64,000 nt of DNA, taken from NCBI RefSeq assembly GCF_001194135.2, contig NC_068981.1, positions 101,697,939 to 101,761,938 on the forward strand. Direction: 5' to 3'. Positions 39,752 through 52,789 of this stretch are shown piece after piece (position 1 is the first letter of the stretch; every line of letters starts with the position of its first letter). The stretch comes from Octopus bimaculoides. Its lineage: Eukaryota. The notes under the pieces are model-generated. The model saw only the letters and a program-made list of their open reading frames with translations. It had not been told where the DNA came from and made no database searches. Position numbers and translations under genes: made by a program.

Positions 39752-39949
39752 NNNNNNNNNNNNNNNNNNNNNNNNNNNNNNNNNNNNNNNNNNNNNNNNN
39801 NNNNNNNNNNNNNNNNNNNNNNNNNNNNNNNNNNNNNNNNNNNNNNNNNNNNNNNNNNNNNNNNNNNNNNNNNNNNNNNNNNNNNNNNNNNNNNNNNNNN
39901 NNNNNNNNNNNNNNNNNNNNNNNNNNNNNNNNNNNNNNNNNNNNNNNNN

Positions 39950-40215
39950 TGTAAGTTCGATTCCCGGCAACACGTTGTGCCCTTGAGCAAGACACTTTAT
40001 TTCACATTGCTCCAGTCCACTCAGCTGGCAAAAATGAGTAGTACCTGTATTTCAAAGGGCCGGCCTTGTCACGCTATGTGTCACGCTGAGTCTCCCTGAG
40101 AACTACCTCAGGGGTACACGTGTCTGTGGATTGCTCAGTCACTTGCACGTTAATTTCACGAGCAGGCTGTTTCGTTTGATCATATCAGCTGGGACCCTCG
40201 TCATCATAACCGACA
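39950..40215 (+). mobile_element. Partial SINE related to family A
   Basis: gttcgattccc B box, gagcaagacact block, and the A-family body gtacacgtgtctgtgga...cacttgcacgttaatttcacgagcaggctg; a related copy lies at about 45620-45845. Confidence 0.8.
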
Positions 40216-40249
40216 GAGTTCTCCTCTATATATATATATATAAGCATAT

Positions 40250-40520
40250 GAAAGATATAGAAACAGGAAAACAAGGAAAGTGAAGAGGACGTACACAGTG
40301 AATGTATTACACTGATGCTCAGAGAAAGTTTAAGATGGAAAAAAGGAGAGGGTGTGATGTTTCAAGCATGGCTCTTCATCTGAAAGTGGAAAGAGGGAAA
40401 AGTCCAGAGAGAAGGAAAAGAATAGTCCGAGAAAAGTACATGTATCATTACATGGCTGAAAAATAACCGACTGGCAGTGGAAAGAAATAGAGAAAGTGGG
40501 TTTTGAAGGTAGGGGAGTCC
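40250..40520 (-). mobile_element. Penelope-like terminal-repeat remnant
   Basis: Contains gatgtttcaagcatggctcttcatctg, a decayed acgtttcg...ctcttcNtcag signature of PLE-associated hammerheads; same stem as at 56960-56990. Confidence 0.45.
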
Positions 40521-40629
40521 AAAAATGGCTAGTGTGTGTGTGTGTATGTGTATACGAGGGAGTGATGCAAACAGGTTAGTACCAGTAGCCAGATTTAGTG
40601 ATGCATACACACACACATGCATAAATAGG

Positions 40630-41090
40630 TATTATCAACTGCACATACTCAATGTGAGTGTTTTGCTTGTTTGCCAGTATGCTACAGTTTAGTGCAATGG
40701 GGTTGACTCCCTCAAAGCACTGGGTGTTAAAACACTTGAAAATCATAGACAGGCAACAAAACTCACCCCCAATCCTATTTAGGAGTGATGGATATTGATA
40801 TTTTGCCAATTTTGTGGTTTATCAATATCACATACATGAATCAAACTGAATCGCCAGTCTATGACTATATATGCAAATAGTTTAAAAACCATTTGCTGGT
40901 ATCCCATGACAATGTATACATAGTATTAAATTTAATTATGAATTAGAAGCAGCACTAGTGTTCTAAACATTATTGGCTGCACATACTCAATGTGTATGTT
41001 TTGCTTGTTCACCAGCTGCAGTTTACTGTGGTGGGGATGGTTCCCTCAAAGCCGGGTGTTAAAACACTTAAAAGTAATAAACAGGTGAGA
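40630..41090. repeat. About 130-bp diverged direct repeat pair
   Basis: ctgcacatactcaatgtg...ttttgcttgtt...ccctcaaagc...gggtgttaaaacactt at about 40635-40760 and 40975-41090. Confidence 0.85.
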
Positions 41091-41284
41091 CATGCCTGTT
41101 TATGAATTTCAAGTGATTAAAAGGATTCTCAAAATTATTTGTATAAAATATCTTTCTCTCAATATTTTTGCTATTCATTCTGTGGGGATTATAACATACT
41201 TATTTGATATACACTTGGATTGGCAAAGAGGCTTCTTAATAATTGACCAAAGTATAACTTATCATTCTTTAGTCAATTAAAAGG

Positions 41285-42510
41285 TGTAAAATAGGCTGGG
41301 AAAAGTTCAGAGAGCTTCTACTTCTGCTGGTAACAAAGCATCTCGCTCAGAGTGAATGGCAGACTGTATGATGCCTGTGTGTTAACAGCCATGCTACACG
41401 GCAGTGAAACATGGGCTGTGATTACTGAGGACATGCGTAAGCTTGTAAGAAATGAAGCTAGTATGCTCCACTGGATGTATAATGTCAGTGTGCATGCATG
41501 ACAGAATGTAAGCGTCCTGAGAGAAAAGTTGGACATAAGAAGCATCAGATGTGGTGTGCAAGAGAGATGACTGCGCTGGTATGGTCATGTATTTCGTATG
41601 GACGAGGACAGCGGTGTGAAGAAGTGTCACACTCTAAACAGTGGAGGGAACCTGTAGTTGAGGTAGACCCAGGAAGACATGGGACGAGGTAGTGAAGCAC
41701 GATCTTCGAATATTGGGGCTCACAGAAGCAATGACAAGTGACTGAGATCTTTGGAGATATGCTGTGCTTGAGAAGACCCTTCAAGCCAAGTGAGATAGTA
41801 GTTGTGGCCGATGCCAGTGTCATGCAACTGACCTGTTAAAAGCACCCTTCAATTGTTGAGCAATATACTGTGCTTGTAAACCTGTTAAACCAAGTGAAAT
41901 CATAGTTGTAGCTGATGCCAGTGCCGTCTGATTGGCACCCATGCTGATGGCACATAAAAGGCACCATTTGAGCATTGGGCCTCTTGGAAGCAGTGACATC
42001 AAGCCAAATGAGATTGTAGTTGTGGCTGATGCCAGCATTGCATAACTGGCCTGTTGAAAGCACTCTTCAATTGTTGGGCAATATGTTGTGCTTGTGAAGT
42101 TCTGCCGAAACGAGTGAAATCATAGACATGGCTGATGCCAGTGCCGTTTGACTGGCACCCGTGCTGGTGGCACGTTAAGAGCACCATTTAAGTGGTGGGC
42201 CTCATGAAGGCAGTGACAGATGAACAAGACCTTTGGCAATATACTGTGCTTGTATAGATCTATCAAACCAAGTGAGGCAATAGTTGTAGCTGATGCCGGT
42301 GTCAAGTCATTGGCACTCATGCCAGTGTCATGAAAAAACACCCACTACACTCTCATAGTGGTTGGCATTAGGAAGGGCATCCAGCCATAGAAATCTTGCC
42401 AAATCAGATTGGAACCTGGTGCAGCCACCCCCAGTTTATCAGTTTTCAGTCAAACCATCCAACCCATGCTAGCATGGAAAGCAGTCATTAAATGATGATG
42501 ATGATGATGA
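41285..42510 (+). mobile_element. RTE-clade LINE 3' portion with internally repetitive 3' UTR
   Basis: Similar to the reverse complement of 37480-37910 (GWEKFRELL, MLHGSETWA, LRWYGHV); the UTR has repeated ccaagtgaRat.atagttgtRgctgatgcc units and a (gat)n tail. Confidence 0.93.
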
Positions 42511-43004
42511 TATATATTATATATTTTGCCTCTTTTATAGCTTATATCTTTTAGAAACCTAAACCCTTGTCATTATAATTTTTATGTCTGTTTCTTTTTC
42601 ATTTTTTAATATCTGTTTGTAATTGTTTATATCTCCATCTTGGAAGCTTTGTCACATTGTAATCGTGTTCTTCTGTTTCTTCAATTTCTTTTGATTTTTC
42701 TTTTTGTTTTCTCTTTTTATTTCTGATGTTTTCTGTAGTTTTTCATTGATCTGTTATCAGATTCAATAATGGCTGTGTTCTTGTTTATTTGTATTTGTTG
42801 TTAAGTTACGTTTTTTTATCAATTTGTATTTTTGTTTGTTTCATTTTGATTTTTCTAAATTAAATCTTAGATTAAATTTAGTCATTCATCTTTCATTCCT
42901 TCCAAGCAGTCAGATTTATGCACCCTTCCTCCCACACAGAGAAAAGCAATAAGGGGAAACAAACAGCCTTACAATTCTTCATTCATTTGGTTTCACATTT
43001 GTTT

Positions 43005-43165
43005 TTCAAAACTGGCATGGGTTAGACAAAACTTGTTGTGGTAGGTTTTTTTGGTTTTTACATCCATTTTTCCAAACTAACATGGGTTAGACAAAACGTG
43101 TTGAGATAGATTTTTTGGTTGCACATCCATTTTTCCAAACTGACATGGGTTAGGCAAAACTTGGG
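43005..43165. repeat. About 62-bp tandem repeat, about 2.4 copies
   Basis: catccatttttccaaact..catgggttagacaaaac repeated. Confidence 0.85.
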
Positions 43166-45011
43166 GCAAAGGTGAAAGCTTGGTAGGTGTGTGTTTGGCA
43201 GAAACATTAGCATGTTGGGTGAAATGCTTAGCAATATTTCATCTGCCTTTATGTTCAGAGTTCAAATTCTGTCATGGTTGACTTTGCTTTTCATCCCTTC
43301 AGGGTTGATAAAATAAGCACCAATTGAGCACTGTGGTTGATTTAATTGACTTAGTCCTTTCCCCAAGACTGCTGGCCTTGTACCAACTGTTGAAACCAAT
43401 ATTTGATCCTTGTCTTTAAATATAGGGTAAAGACTCCCTTCGGTCATGAATGACCATGGGATTCCACCTAGAAAGTTATCCTCTAGCCAAGATTGTTTAT
43501 GGAAGACCAGCAGTCACCCATGCATACCAGCCTCCCCTCTCTACACTACTGATGTTATCCAAAGGAAAGGCAAAGGCTGATACAGCTTGGCACTAGTGAT
43601 GTCGTAATGTGAAATGAAGTGTCTTGCTCAAGAACACAACACACAACCCAGTCTGGAAATTGGACTCACTACCACATGGTTGTGAGCCTGATGTTTTAAC
43701 CACTGAGCCATGCACCTTCACACTCTTTATATATATATATATATGGAAAAGGGTGAAGTTGTTAGAGTGTAAAATGAGATGAGTTGAGTAATTGATTCCA
43801 GTTCTGTGTGCAGGGTTGTGGATTATTATATTGACTCCAGTCCTTATTTTTAAGTCTATCACTTATTTTATCAACCTCTATTTGGTGAGTTGCTAAGTTA
43901 TGGGACATGGACATAGAGATGCATGCACAAAAACACACACATGATGGCTTTTGTACAGTTTTGTCTTCCAAATTTTGCTCCCAAAACATTGGTCAACACA
44001 AGACTATTGTAGATAGTATTGGTCTCAGGTTCACTTGGTCCACACACAGTGGGACTAAACCCCAAACTACATGATTATGAAGAGAATGTCTTAGCCATAC
44101 AACAGAATTTTTTCCTTTCCATTTCATTGGTAGGTGAATAAGGAGTTTGTATCAAAAGAAATATTAACATGAAGACTGTTTTTTTTTCTTTCATAAGTTA
44201 GTGATGGAAGGAAAAGGCAGCAGATATGATAATTGCAGGTCATACCAGGTTAGAAGTATTGTTGTAATTGATGATCATTTAAAACGAAGAAAACTAGCAA
44301 CAAAGTGAAATCTGTCAGAGTTCTCAACAACTAATCAGGAAGTGTTTTAGGCTAGATGATAACCAGGACAGAGGTATTGTATAAGGAAACAAAGTAGGGT
44401 GGAGACAGTTGTTCCTGGGTGTAGGTGTGAAGAGGAGCAAAAGCTTCTTCTGGTCTGTCATCGTTGGAGAGTCAAAGGTGTCTTTCATCTGTATGAACAG
44501 ATAACCTTTGCTAAGCCACTGGATTAGGATAAGGATGATGAAAGCAAACATTTTGTTGTTGTTTAGTTTTATGCTGGCTAACTCTGATTGAACAGACGAA
44601 TGACCAAAGGCATTCCATCCTTGACCATCTTGTCATTTTCCTACGTGCAGAAAATCTAGGACCATGTTATCCAATGATCACATTAGGGTATAATATGAGA
44701 CAGATTTGGTTGCTATTTCAAGCATTATAAACGACCATGTAGAGGTTCACTCATTGGCTTTGAAAGCTATGATAATAGGGGATGATGCTGAGGATGGCAA
44801 TAAATGATGATAAAGTGGATAACAGAGGTAATAACAACAACATCTAAGATGATCACTGATGATGGTGATCATCATCCTCATCATCATTGGCCTCTTCACT
44901 GCTCCCCCCCTCTATCCAATAATTTTGGCTTGCTTTCCAGATTTTATTTGCACAGTCCAAGTGAAGGACGATAAATAAAGGATAAAATGAAAATTATACA
45001 TGCAGATGGCA

Positions 45012-45048
<37 letters not shown>

Positions 45049-45884
45049 GGATGGGGGGACAAGGTGAGAAAAAGAGAATAAAGAGAGAAAGAGAGGAGCA
45101 GAGAGCAGGAGTGTTTGAAAATTAGAGAAAGAGAAAGTAAGCATGTGGGTGGAAGGATAGGTCAGATGGGATGGGGTGGTAAATAGAGATGCACAAAATA
45201 GATTCTGCACATGCACTCAGACAGAGTGCCAACACTTGCACACTAGCTGCACTTGCACAATAAACCATTTCAGGAATAAATATAATGGAGTAAATTGCCA
45301 AGAAAAATTTGGCTCCAATTTAGCTAAATCTGAAAATAAAACAATGGGAAAAGAGAATCATTTTGAATGATGTGTGGTGTATGTGTAAGTGTATATTGGT
45401 TGAGTATGTGTGTGGTTAGGAGTGACCGTGTTAAAGAATACATATGGAAGTAGCTAGAGGGGCACATACATGTGCACACATACACACACTCGAGTATATA
45501 AGATATATGTGCATGTAAACACGTGTATACAAATGTGCTCCAAGAAGCATTCATGCAAAATATTATAGATATGCAAAGATACATAACGTATGTGTATGTG
45601 TGTGGGTGTGCATGTACAGTGAAGGCATGTGGCTTAATGGTTTGGGTATTTGGCTCATGATCTTAAGGTCGTGAGTTCAATTCCCAACAGTGCATTGTGT
45701 TCTTGAGCAAGGCACTTAACTTCCTGTTGCTCCTGTTCACTCAGCTGGAAAGAATGAGTATCACCTGTAATTCAATAGGCAAGTCTTGTCACACTCTGTA
45801 TCATGATGAAATCTCCCTGAGAACTACGTTAAGGGTACACAGGTCTGAAGTGTATGCATGTACATGTCGATATATACATGTACA

Positions 45885-45921
<37 letters not shown>

Positions 45922-46435
45922 ATGTCTTTTTCTCTCTTCATATATATACACACACATACATATATATTCATACACACACATACATATATATTCATACACA
46001 CACACAACACTTCACATCCTTAAGACGTGAAGTGTTGTTAGTGAGTGTGTAAAAATGTCATGTAGTTATTATCACAGGAATTTGAAGTTTGTCCATTAAA
46101 TTTCTAACAACATCAGCCATGTGTTTACTACATGACAAGTATATGTTTTCTATGCAGTTATTTAACATTGTGCCATGTTATAAGCAAGACTTCAATCATT
46201 ATTTACTTTTGTGGGGAATTTTATACAGTATGGATACTTTGTCTCATAATGTCTAATTAACTACTTCGTTCTGTGTTGTGTGGTGTGATGAGGTATTGCA
46301 ATTGCTGCTTTTTGTGATAAGCTTATGCATAATAAACCTATGTGAGACTGTTGTACTGGAGTAACCAATATAACAGTACTATATAGTATCTTATAGCTAT
46401 TTATTATGTATACAAACTTAAATGTTGCTGAACAG

Positions 46436-46587
46436 GATCATCTGATTTGCATAACAGTGCATGTGGTGATAACATTTTTATTTAATCAAATGATGCAGAG
46501 ATCATCTAATTTGCATAATAATGAATGTGATAAAATGTGCTTAATTAATAAAACAGTGCCAAGAGCATTAATTCCATCAGTTTTATT

Positions 46588-46640
<53 letters not shown>

Positions 46641-46663
46641 AAATTGTATGAAATCATTTGCAT
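46436..46663. promoter_or_regulatory. Cluster of three octamer (ATTTGCAT) motifs, candidate POU enhancer
   Basis: ATTTGCAT at 46445, 46509 and 46656; the first two lie within a 19-bp direct repeat gatcatctRatttgcataa. Confidence 0.35.
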
Positions 46664-48525
46664 ATATAGATGCACACGCAAAATTAAATTTAAATGGATG
46701 TTATATGTATGTATGTGTTACAGAAGAACAACTGTTAAAAGGGGAAAAAGTAGAGACAGGAGTGGAGTATGGTAGGGCAGGAGATGAAAATGTTTTCTTT
46801 AAAGTGAAAAATAAGTGAAAGATGAGGAACAGCAAAGAAGTGAATGGGAGAGAGAAAGGATGATAAAAGGAAATTGGTGTAGCCAGTAGATAAAGATAAA
46901 AGAGTCAAGAAAAAAACATAGGAATTTCATTATGCTTTAGAAGCATATCTTTACATAAAAACAGAAAAAAGGAGGAAGAAATATGCATATAAAAAAAATT
47001 AAGTCTCTTCAACAGAGAACTTTTCTTTAAATAAGAGCTACATTTGATGAAGAGAGAAATCAAAAAGGCTAGCATTCAACCAGTTGGCATACATATTTGA
47101 TCTGTGTGTGTGTTTAATATATATAAAGTGCAAGCATGGCAGTATTGCTAAGAATCTCACTTTGAATCCATGTGGTTTTAGGTTCAGTCCTACTGTGTGA
47201 CACCTTTGGTGTCTTCAACTCTAGCCTCGTGGGTGAAGTTGCTTGATAGAAACCTGTATTGAAGACGGCGAGCTGGCAGAAACGTAAGCACGCTGGTCGA
47301 AATGCTTGGCGGTATTTCATCAGCTGTTACGTTCTGAGTTCAAATTCTGCTGTGGTCGACTTTGCCTTTCATCCTTTCGGGGTCGATAAATTAAGTACCA
47401 GTTACGCACTGCGGTCGATGTAATCGACTTAATCCCTTTGTCTGTCCTTGTTTGTCCCCTCTATGTTTAGCCCCTGGTGGGCAGTAAAGAAATAAAAAAA
47501 ACCTGTATTGAAGACAAACTATGTAGTGGGAGACCATCACCTGTGACTACTGACGTGTACCACCAGAGAATAGATTGCACAGACAGACAAGTCACAATCT
47601 GTATGCTTGTTGCCTAAATGGGCTGTGGTTTATAATGCATTACAGGAGACTGTGGAAGACTTTGGGTATTGGAAAGTGTTTGCACAGTATGCTGTATGTT
47701 AACTGTAGCTTTGTGTTGCAATATTGGTATTGCTTTCAGTCTGTGGAGAATTCAATAAATTATTGAAGTATTTTCTGTTAATATTCTCCTATCAAGTTTT
47801 GTCTTCTGGTATGTAAAGCAGAGTGTGGTAATTTTTTAATGTTTTAAATGCATAGTTAGCCTATGAGAAAGTATTGTACATGTCTGGTCAGTCTAACAGT
47901 TGGAATTGTGAAGTTTGCAACTTCAATTTTTCCAGTAAAATTTCTCAGTTACATGAGTCATGTTTAGTTTGTTCTCAGGTTTAGATGCTGCAGTGTGATG
48001 TTAATAAAAGGGCTTTTGATCTCATTATTTTTACAATATACTAGAAGTGCCAGCTTACAGTTAGATGTGACAAGTTTTGTGTTTCGTTCTCTGAGATTTT
48101 TGATTATTTGTTTGTCTGTTCTGTACCTGTATATTTTTTAGTAGGGGCATTGTTGAATTTATTTCTTACATGGTATTTCTGTCCATATTCATTAGTAACT
48201 TGGTTTACTACCCTGTTTGGATATTTGTTTTGATTCAGCGTTTTATTCTGTGGATTTATTCATCTAGTGTTTTATTTGTGGAAGAAAATCTAAATTCTCT
48301 CTAATGTAGTGACTTTTACCACTGATATTTTGTAGTTATTTTTTTAAAATAAGCTCTAAAGATTCTTTTTTATTTTATTAGAACATTTAAATGCAAAAAG
48401 ACAGGAAAGAGAAATAAGAAAGGAAAATAAAATAAAAAAATAAAAGAAGATTGGAGGGGGGTAAAGCAGCAGAAGACGGAGCGGGAGGGGGTGATGGGTC
48501 ACATATCTCAGAACAAATGGTGTGA

Positions 48526-48775
48526 TCAGTCACGCCTTGCGGTAATGACCACAATGGTGTTGCCATAGAGAATGGCCAGTGACACTCGCTGCAGCAGCCA
48601 CTCCACCTCATGGAGCTCATATCTCCAACAGACTGCTGTTATCCCTATTTTGTGGAGGAAATTGATAGTATAGGGTCGTAGAACACCTGATGTCTTGCCG
48701 GTGACTGGCAAGCTCCTGTATTTATTGATTTCTCTCTCCTCTGAGTTTTGGGCATTTGCTATCACCATACAGGTA
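48526..48775 (-). mobile_element. Relic resembling the C-terminal REL endonuclease of CRE-clade non-LTR retrotransposons
   Basis: EEREINKYRSLPVTGKTSGVLRPYTINFLHKIG...EVEWLLQRVSLAILYGN matches from memory the pattern AE..K..KY..L...P...ETSG..GP....FL..IG......E..WL.QR.S.AI.RGN. Confidence 0.65.
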
Positions 48776-49356
48776 TATGTATTTGTTTGTATCTTTTGTG
48801 TAAAGTGATGTAATGTATGTATTACTTTTAATCTGAATGTTTTTGTCTGGAAATGTAACTGTGTTGCTTTGGATGTTGAATTTAAGTACTGAATATAAGA
48901 GGAATCAACTGATCCATACAAGAGATGGTTGTACTTGCATGGGTAAGTGATATGTATAGAGGGGAACAGTTTGGTAAAGAAAAAATGCCAAATAATCATG
49001 GTGGAAGGAACCCGCAGAAAAAGAAGGCTGAGAAAGACATGGGAAAAGTAGTGGAAGATGATGTTAGGTGGCTGAACCTAATGAAACAAATGACAAGACA
49101 CTGTGCTGGAAATGACTTGTCCAACTCTGGCAAAAATGAAAGAATAAAAGGAAAAAAAAAGAAAAATGGTGATGATAATGTAGACAATAAAAACGATTTA
49201 AAAAATTATAATTTCCAATATATATTATAAGAATCTAATTTATAACAGAAATTTATTGTGTGTGCACAAGTTGATATAATTGCTGTAAAGAATGGAAACA
49301 TGAAACATAAATACTGCATGAAGCCTCAGTTTTGAATAATTTATATATATACATAA

Positions 49357-49399
<43 letters not shown>

Positions 49400-50305
49400 A
49401 AGACTATAGGTGGGGAGGGGACCTGAGAGATGCATGCTCAACTTGAATGTCTTTCAGCTATGGCAAACCTCCTGCATTCATTACTGAAGTTACCCTGTTA
49501 TACAGAAGGACACTTCTTGCAGACACCTGATGTGGTTAGTATGTATCCATTTATACTGGGGAAAGAAGCACTTTGTTACCAACAGAGTTAATGGTTTTCT
49601 AAAGTTACACCACTATCGAATTCTAAATCACATTCAGAAGAAAGCCATCTGCCTCATTTCTGAAACTTCCTTTATAGAATATCTTCAATTTCCTTGCTAA
49701 CTGATATCCTTTCTCTCTTGCTCTCACCCCCTCCCTATCTCTCTCTCTCTCTCAGCATTACTATAACAAACAGAGTTTGTTCTCAAAAATTTACTGACTG
49801 CACTTACTTCACCTTCATCTCTCAGTTTTTCATTGTTTGTGTTCAGCTTATTCCCCCAAACACTATATCAAGTAATACACACACACAAATAAAATATCTA
49901 AATAATGTCTGTTATGACTTGTCAATATTATCATAATTTTACAGACTATTAACCTCATCTTTAGAGTATATATATCCAATACTTATATCTATGCTATATT
50001 CTGATTGGTTTGATTCTGATCATTTTCAGATATCTTATTCTTGGATATGTATATTGTGAGTGGCCTAGTGTAGTGGCACTCAAACTTATTCTGTTTCAGA
50101 ACCCATTATTTGATTTTCCAAAAATTGTGAAATCTATACTTATATTCATAGACAACTCCTGCCACTCTGATTGTAATAAGACATTAAACAAAACAAATAT
50201 CATTTTGAAGAGAAGACTTCTTCATAAAATAAAAACATAAATAATGTATTGAAATGCTGTGAAATAGAAGAAACACAGTCATGGGAGGCAATCAAGAAAG
50301 GGACA

Positions 50306-50826
50306 CATCACAAGTTATAACCCTTATGCAAAAAAACCTTGTGTGATTTGTGAGGCTAGCAAAAGTTGGGTGCGTTTGACATGTGTAGAGGTGATTTTTG
50401 AAGGAGCTGATATGTGTGTAGGGGGTGGGGGGTGGAGTGAAGATTGGGTGGGTGCCCAAACCAATAACTTAATTCGTGGTTACATTTGTGTATATGTGTT
50501 TCTGTGCATGTGGTTTGGTGTGGTCAAAACTTTGATAGACTCTCAGGTTGTAATAATGGAAGGACCAGTGAAGGTGGTCCTAACATTTATAAATATGGTG
50601 GAACCTGAAGGCTAGTGATCACATACTTTTTTTCATGTGGGCATGAGTGGAAAATCTTGCTTTTGCAGTTAAGGTAGGCACCCACCCTATCCCTCCTGTA
50701 AAAACACCACAACACACATATCAATCCCTCCAAAATACACCTCACACACATATCAACCCCAACCAATTTTTGCTGGCTTCATAACTCACTCAAGTTTTTT
50801 TTGTGGAAGGGTCATAACTCTTGATG
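50306..50826. mobile_element. MITE-like element with about 150-bp imperfect terminal inverted repeats
   Basis: agttataacccttatgcaaaaaaaccttgtgtgatttgtgaggctagcaaaagttggg...gggtgggtgcc (50313-50459) mirrors about 50675-50820; non-coding spacer. Confidence 0.8.
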
Positions 50827-51573
50827 GATCTCTCCCTTGATTGCTTCCTGTGATTTTGTTTCTATTCTTCACAGCATGCACAAACCAGATATGACACTTC
50901 TTCACCTCCAACTACTTAGAGCAGTCACCATTTTCTCTGTACTGGCCATCTCTGATAATTATTAAAGGTTATTAGATAATCTAATTATCTAATATCCAGT
51001 GTGAAACAGATTGGTAAGATTGGCTGTAATGGATCTATAATGCTGATATTTTGATCAATATACCCACTCTTTTGACAAATATACAAGTGCATATTTTTCC
51101 TGACTTATGGATTTTTAGTTAACTATGTATGTAGGTGTGTGTGTAAGTGTGTACACATACATACATTGCTCTCCCACAGTTCATCTGCTGTGGTATGGTT
51201 ATCGATAACTTTGGTGAAGTTCATTGAACATAACAGAAGTAATAATGATAACATTCTGATAATGAACTAATTTTAGTTTTGAAGTAAGAATGTTTTTAAT
51301 AGCTAATTAAATATGGCAATAAGTGTCAGATATATTGAAGAGAAGATACCTTATCTGATAACCCAACTAATAGACAATTGTCTAGTCTTGCTTGATAAGC
51401 GATTTATGTAAAGCATAGAGATAGAGATAGAGGGACTGAGTGGATAAGTGATAGAAACAGAGAAAGAGTTAAATGCAACAAGGTAGAAATGCAGTAGAGA
51501 AGTGTGTATGAGAGAGGAGACGGGGGAGGAGAGAGAGAGAGAGAGATATAGAACTATTTCTTGAATACATTTC

Positions 51574-51719
51574 AGGTATGGCTGTGTGGTTAGACACTTG
51601 CTTCCCAACCACATAGTTGTGGGTTCAGTCCACTGTGTGGCTCCCTTGGGAAAGTGTCTTCTTGGGCCAACCACAACCTTGTGAGTGGATTTCATAGATG
51701 GAAACTAAAAGAAGCCCAT

Positions 51720-51768
<49 letters not shown>

Positions 51769-52013
51769 ACGTGTGTGTGTGTGTGTGTGTGTGTGCGTCT
51801 TTGTGTCTGTGCTTGTCTCCCACAACCGTTTAACAACTGGTGTTGTTGTGTTTACATCCCTGTAACTTAGAAGTTCATCAAGAGACCGATAGAGTAAGAA
51901 CTAGACTTAAAAAGAAATAAGTCCTGGAGTCAAATTATCCAGCTAAAACCCTTTAAGGTGGTGCCCCAGGATGGCCACAGTCTAATGACTGAAACAAAAT
52001 AAAAGATAAAAGA
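51574..52013 (+). mobile_element. tRNA-derived SINE, family B (plus orientation)
   Basis: Head tatggctgtgtggttag...gggttcagtcc, internal (TA)(TG)n, tail gactgaaacaaaataaaagat; other plus copies at about 55209-55594 and 57828-58222. Confidence 0.85.
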
Positions 52014-52789
52014 TCAATAATATTAACTCAATATCTACAACAAAATTACAATAACCTCATTATCACTATTCGACAACTATACAAGATGTATAACACACCA
52101 TCACCAATCCTGATTGAGTACATCTAGAATCAACAACATTGCAAACAAACTGTCCTGTCATCTTAGGGGTTGTGGCACATCAGTATCCACTATGTATTTT
52201 TCTTTCTCAAAGCTGCAGTATGTGATTTTAAGGGAAACCTTGGCTTTGATTTCTAACTGGTCAAGTGGCACTCGAAAACAGACCAAAAATTTAGTAACAG
52301 AAACATTTTCTTATAGTCAAAACATCAAAGGGAGAGAAAAGTGTAGCTCTTATTGCTTAACCAAAGGTCAGTCCTGATCAAAATCAAGTAGATCTATGAT
52401 CAGAGGTTCCAGTCACAAGTATTATTACTTGGTACTTGCTTAAAAGCTACACGTTGTGCGGACTTTTAAGCTAGTTCCTGTGGAGGGCTAATTGGGCCTG
52501 AAACCCAAAACTAAAGAGAGCAATAATAATAAAGCATTTACTGGTACCCTACCAATATGGTATTTCCCTACCTATGTGGATTTACATTAAATTCAGTTTA
52601 AAAGAAAAACTTGTAAGATCACAAATTTTTGGAGTTCCTTTAAAATTTGAATTTTCAACTGTTGGTGTATAACATCCTCCACCAGATCTGATCCCAATGC
52701 TGGATGTTCAAGAACCAAATGAAGAGCAAATTTTCAATTCCAGGATCATCCTGATTCTGAAAAGGTATATGTCTATGTAGAGCAAATGT

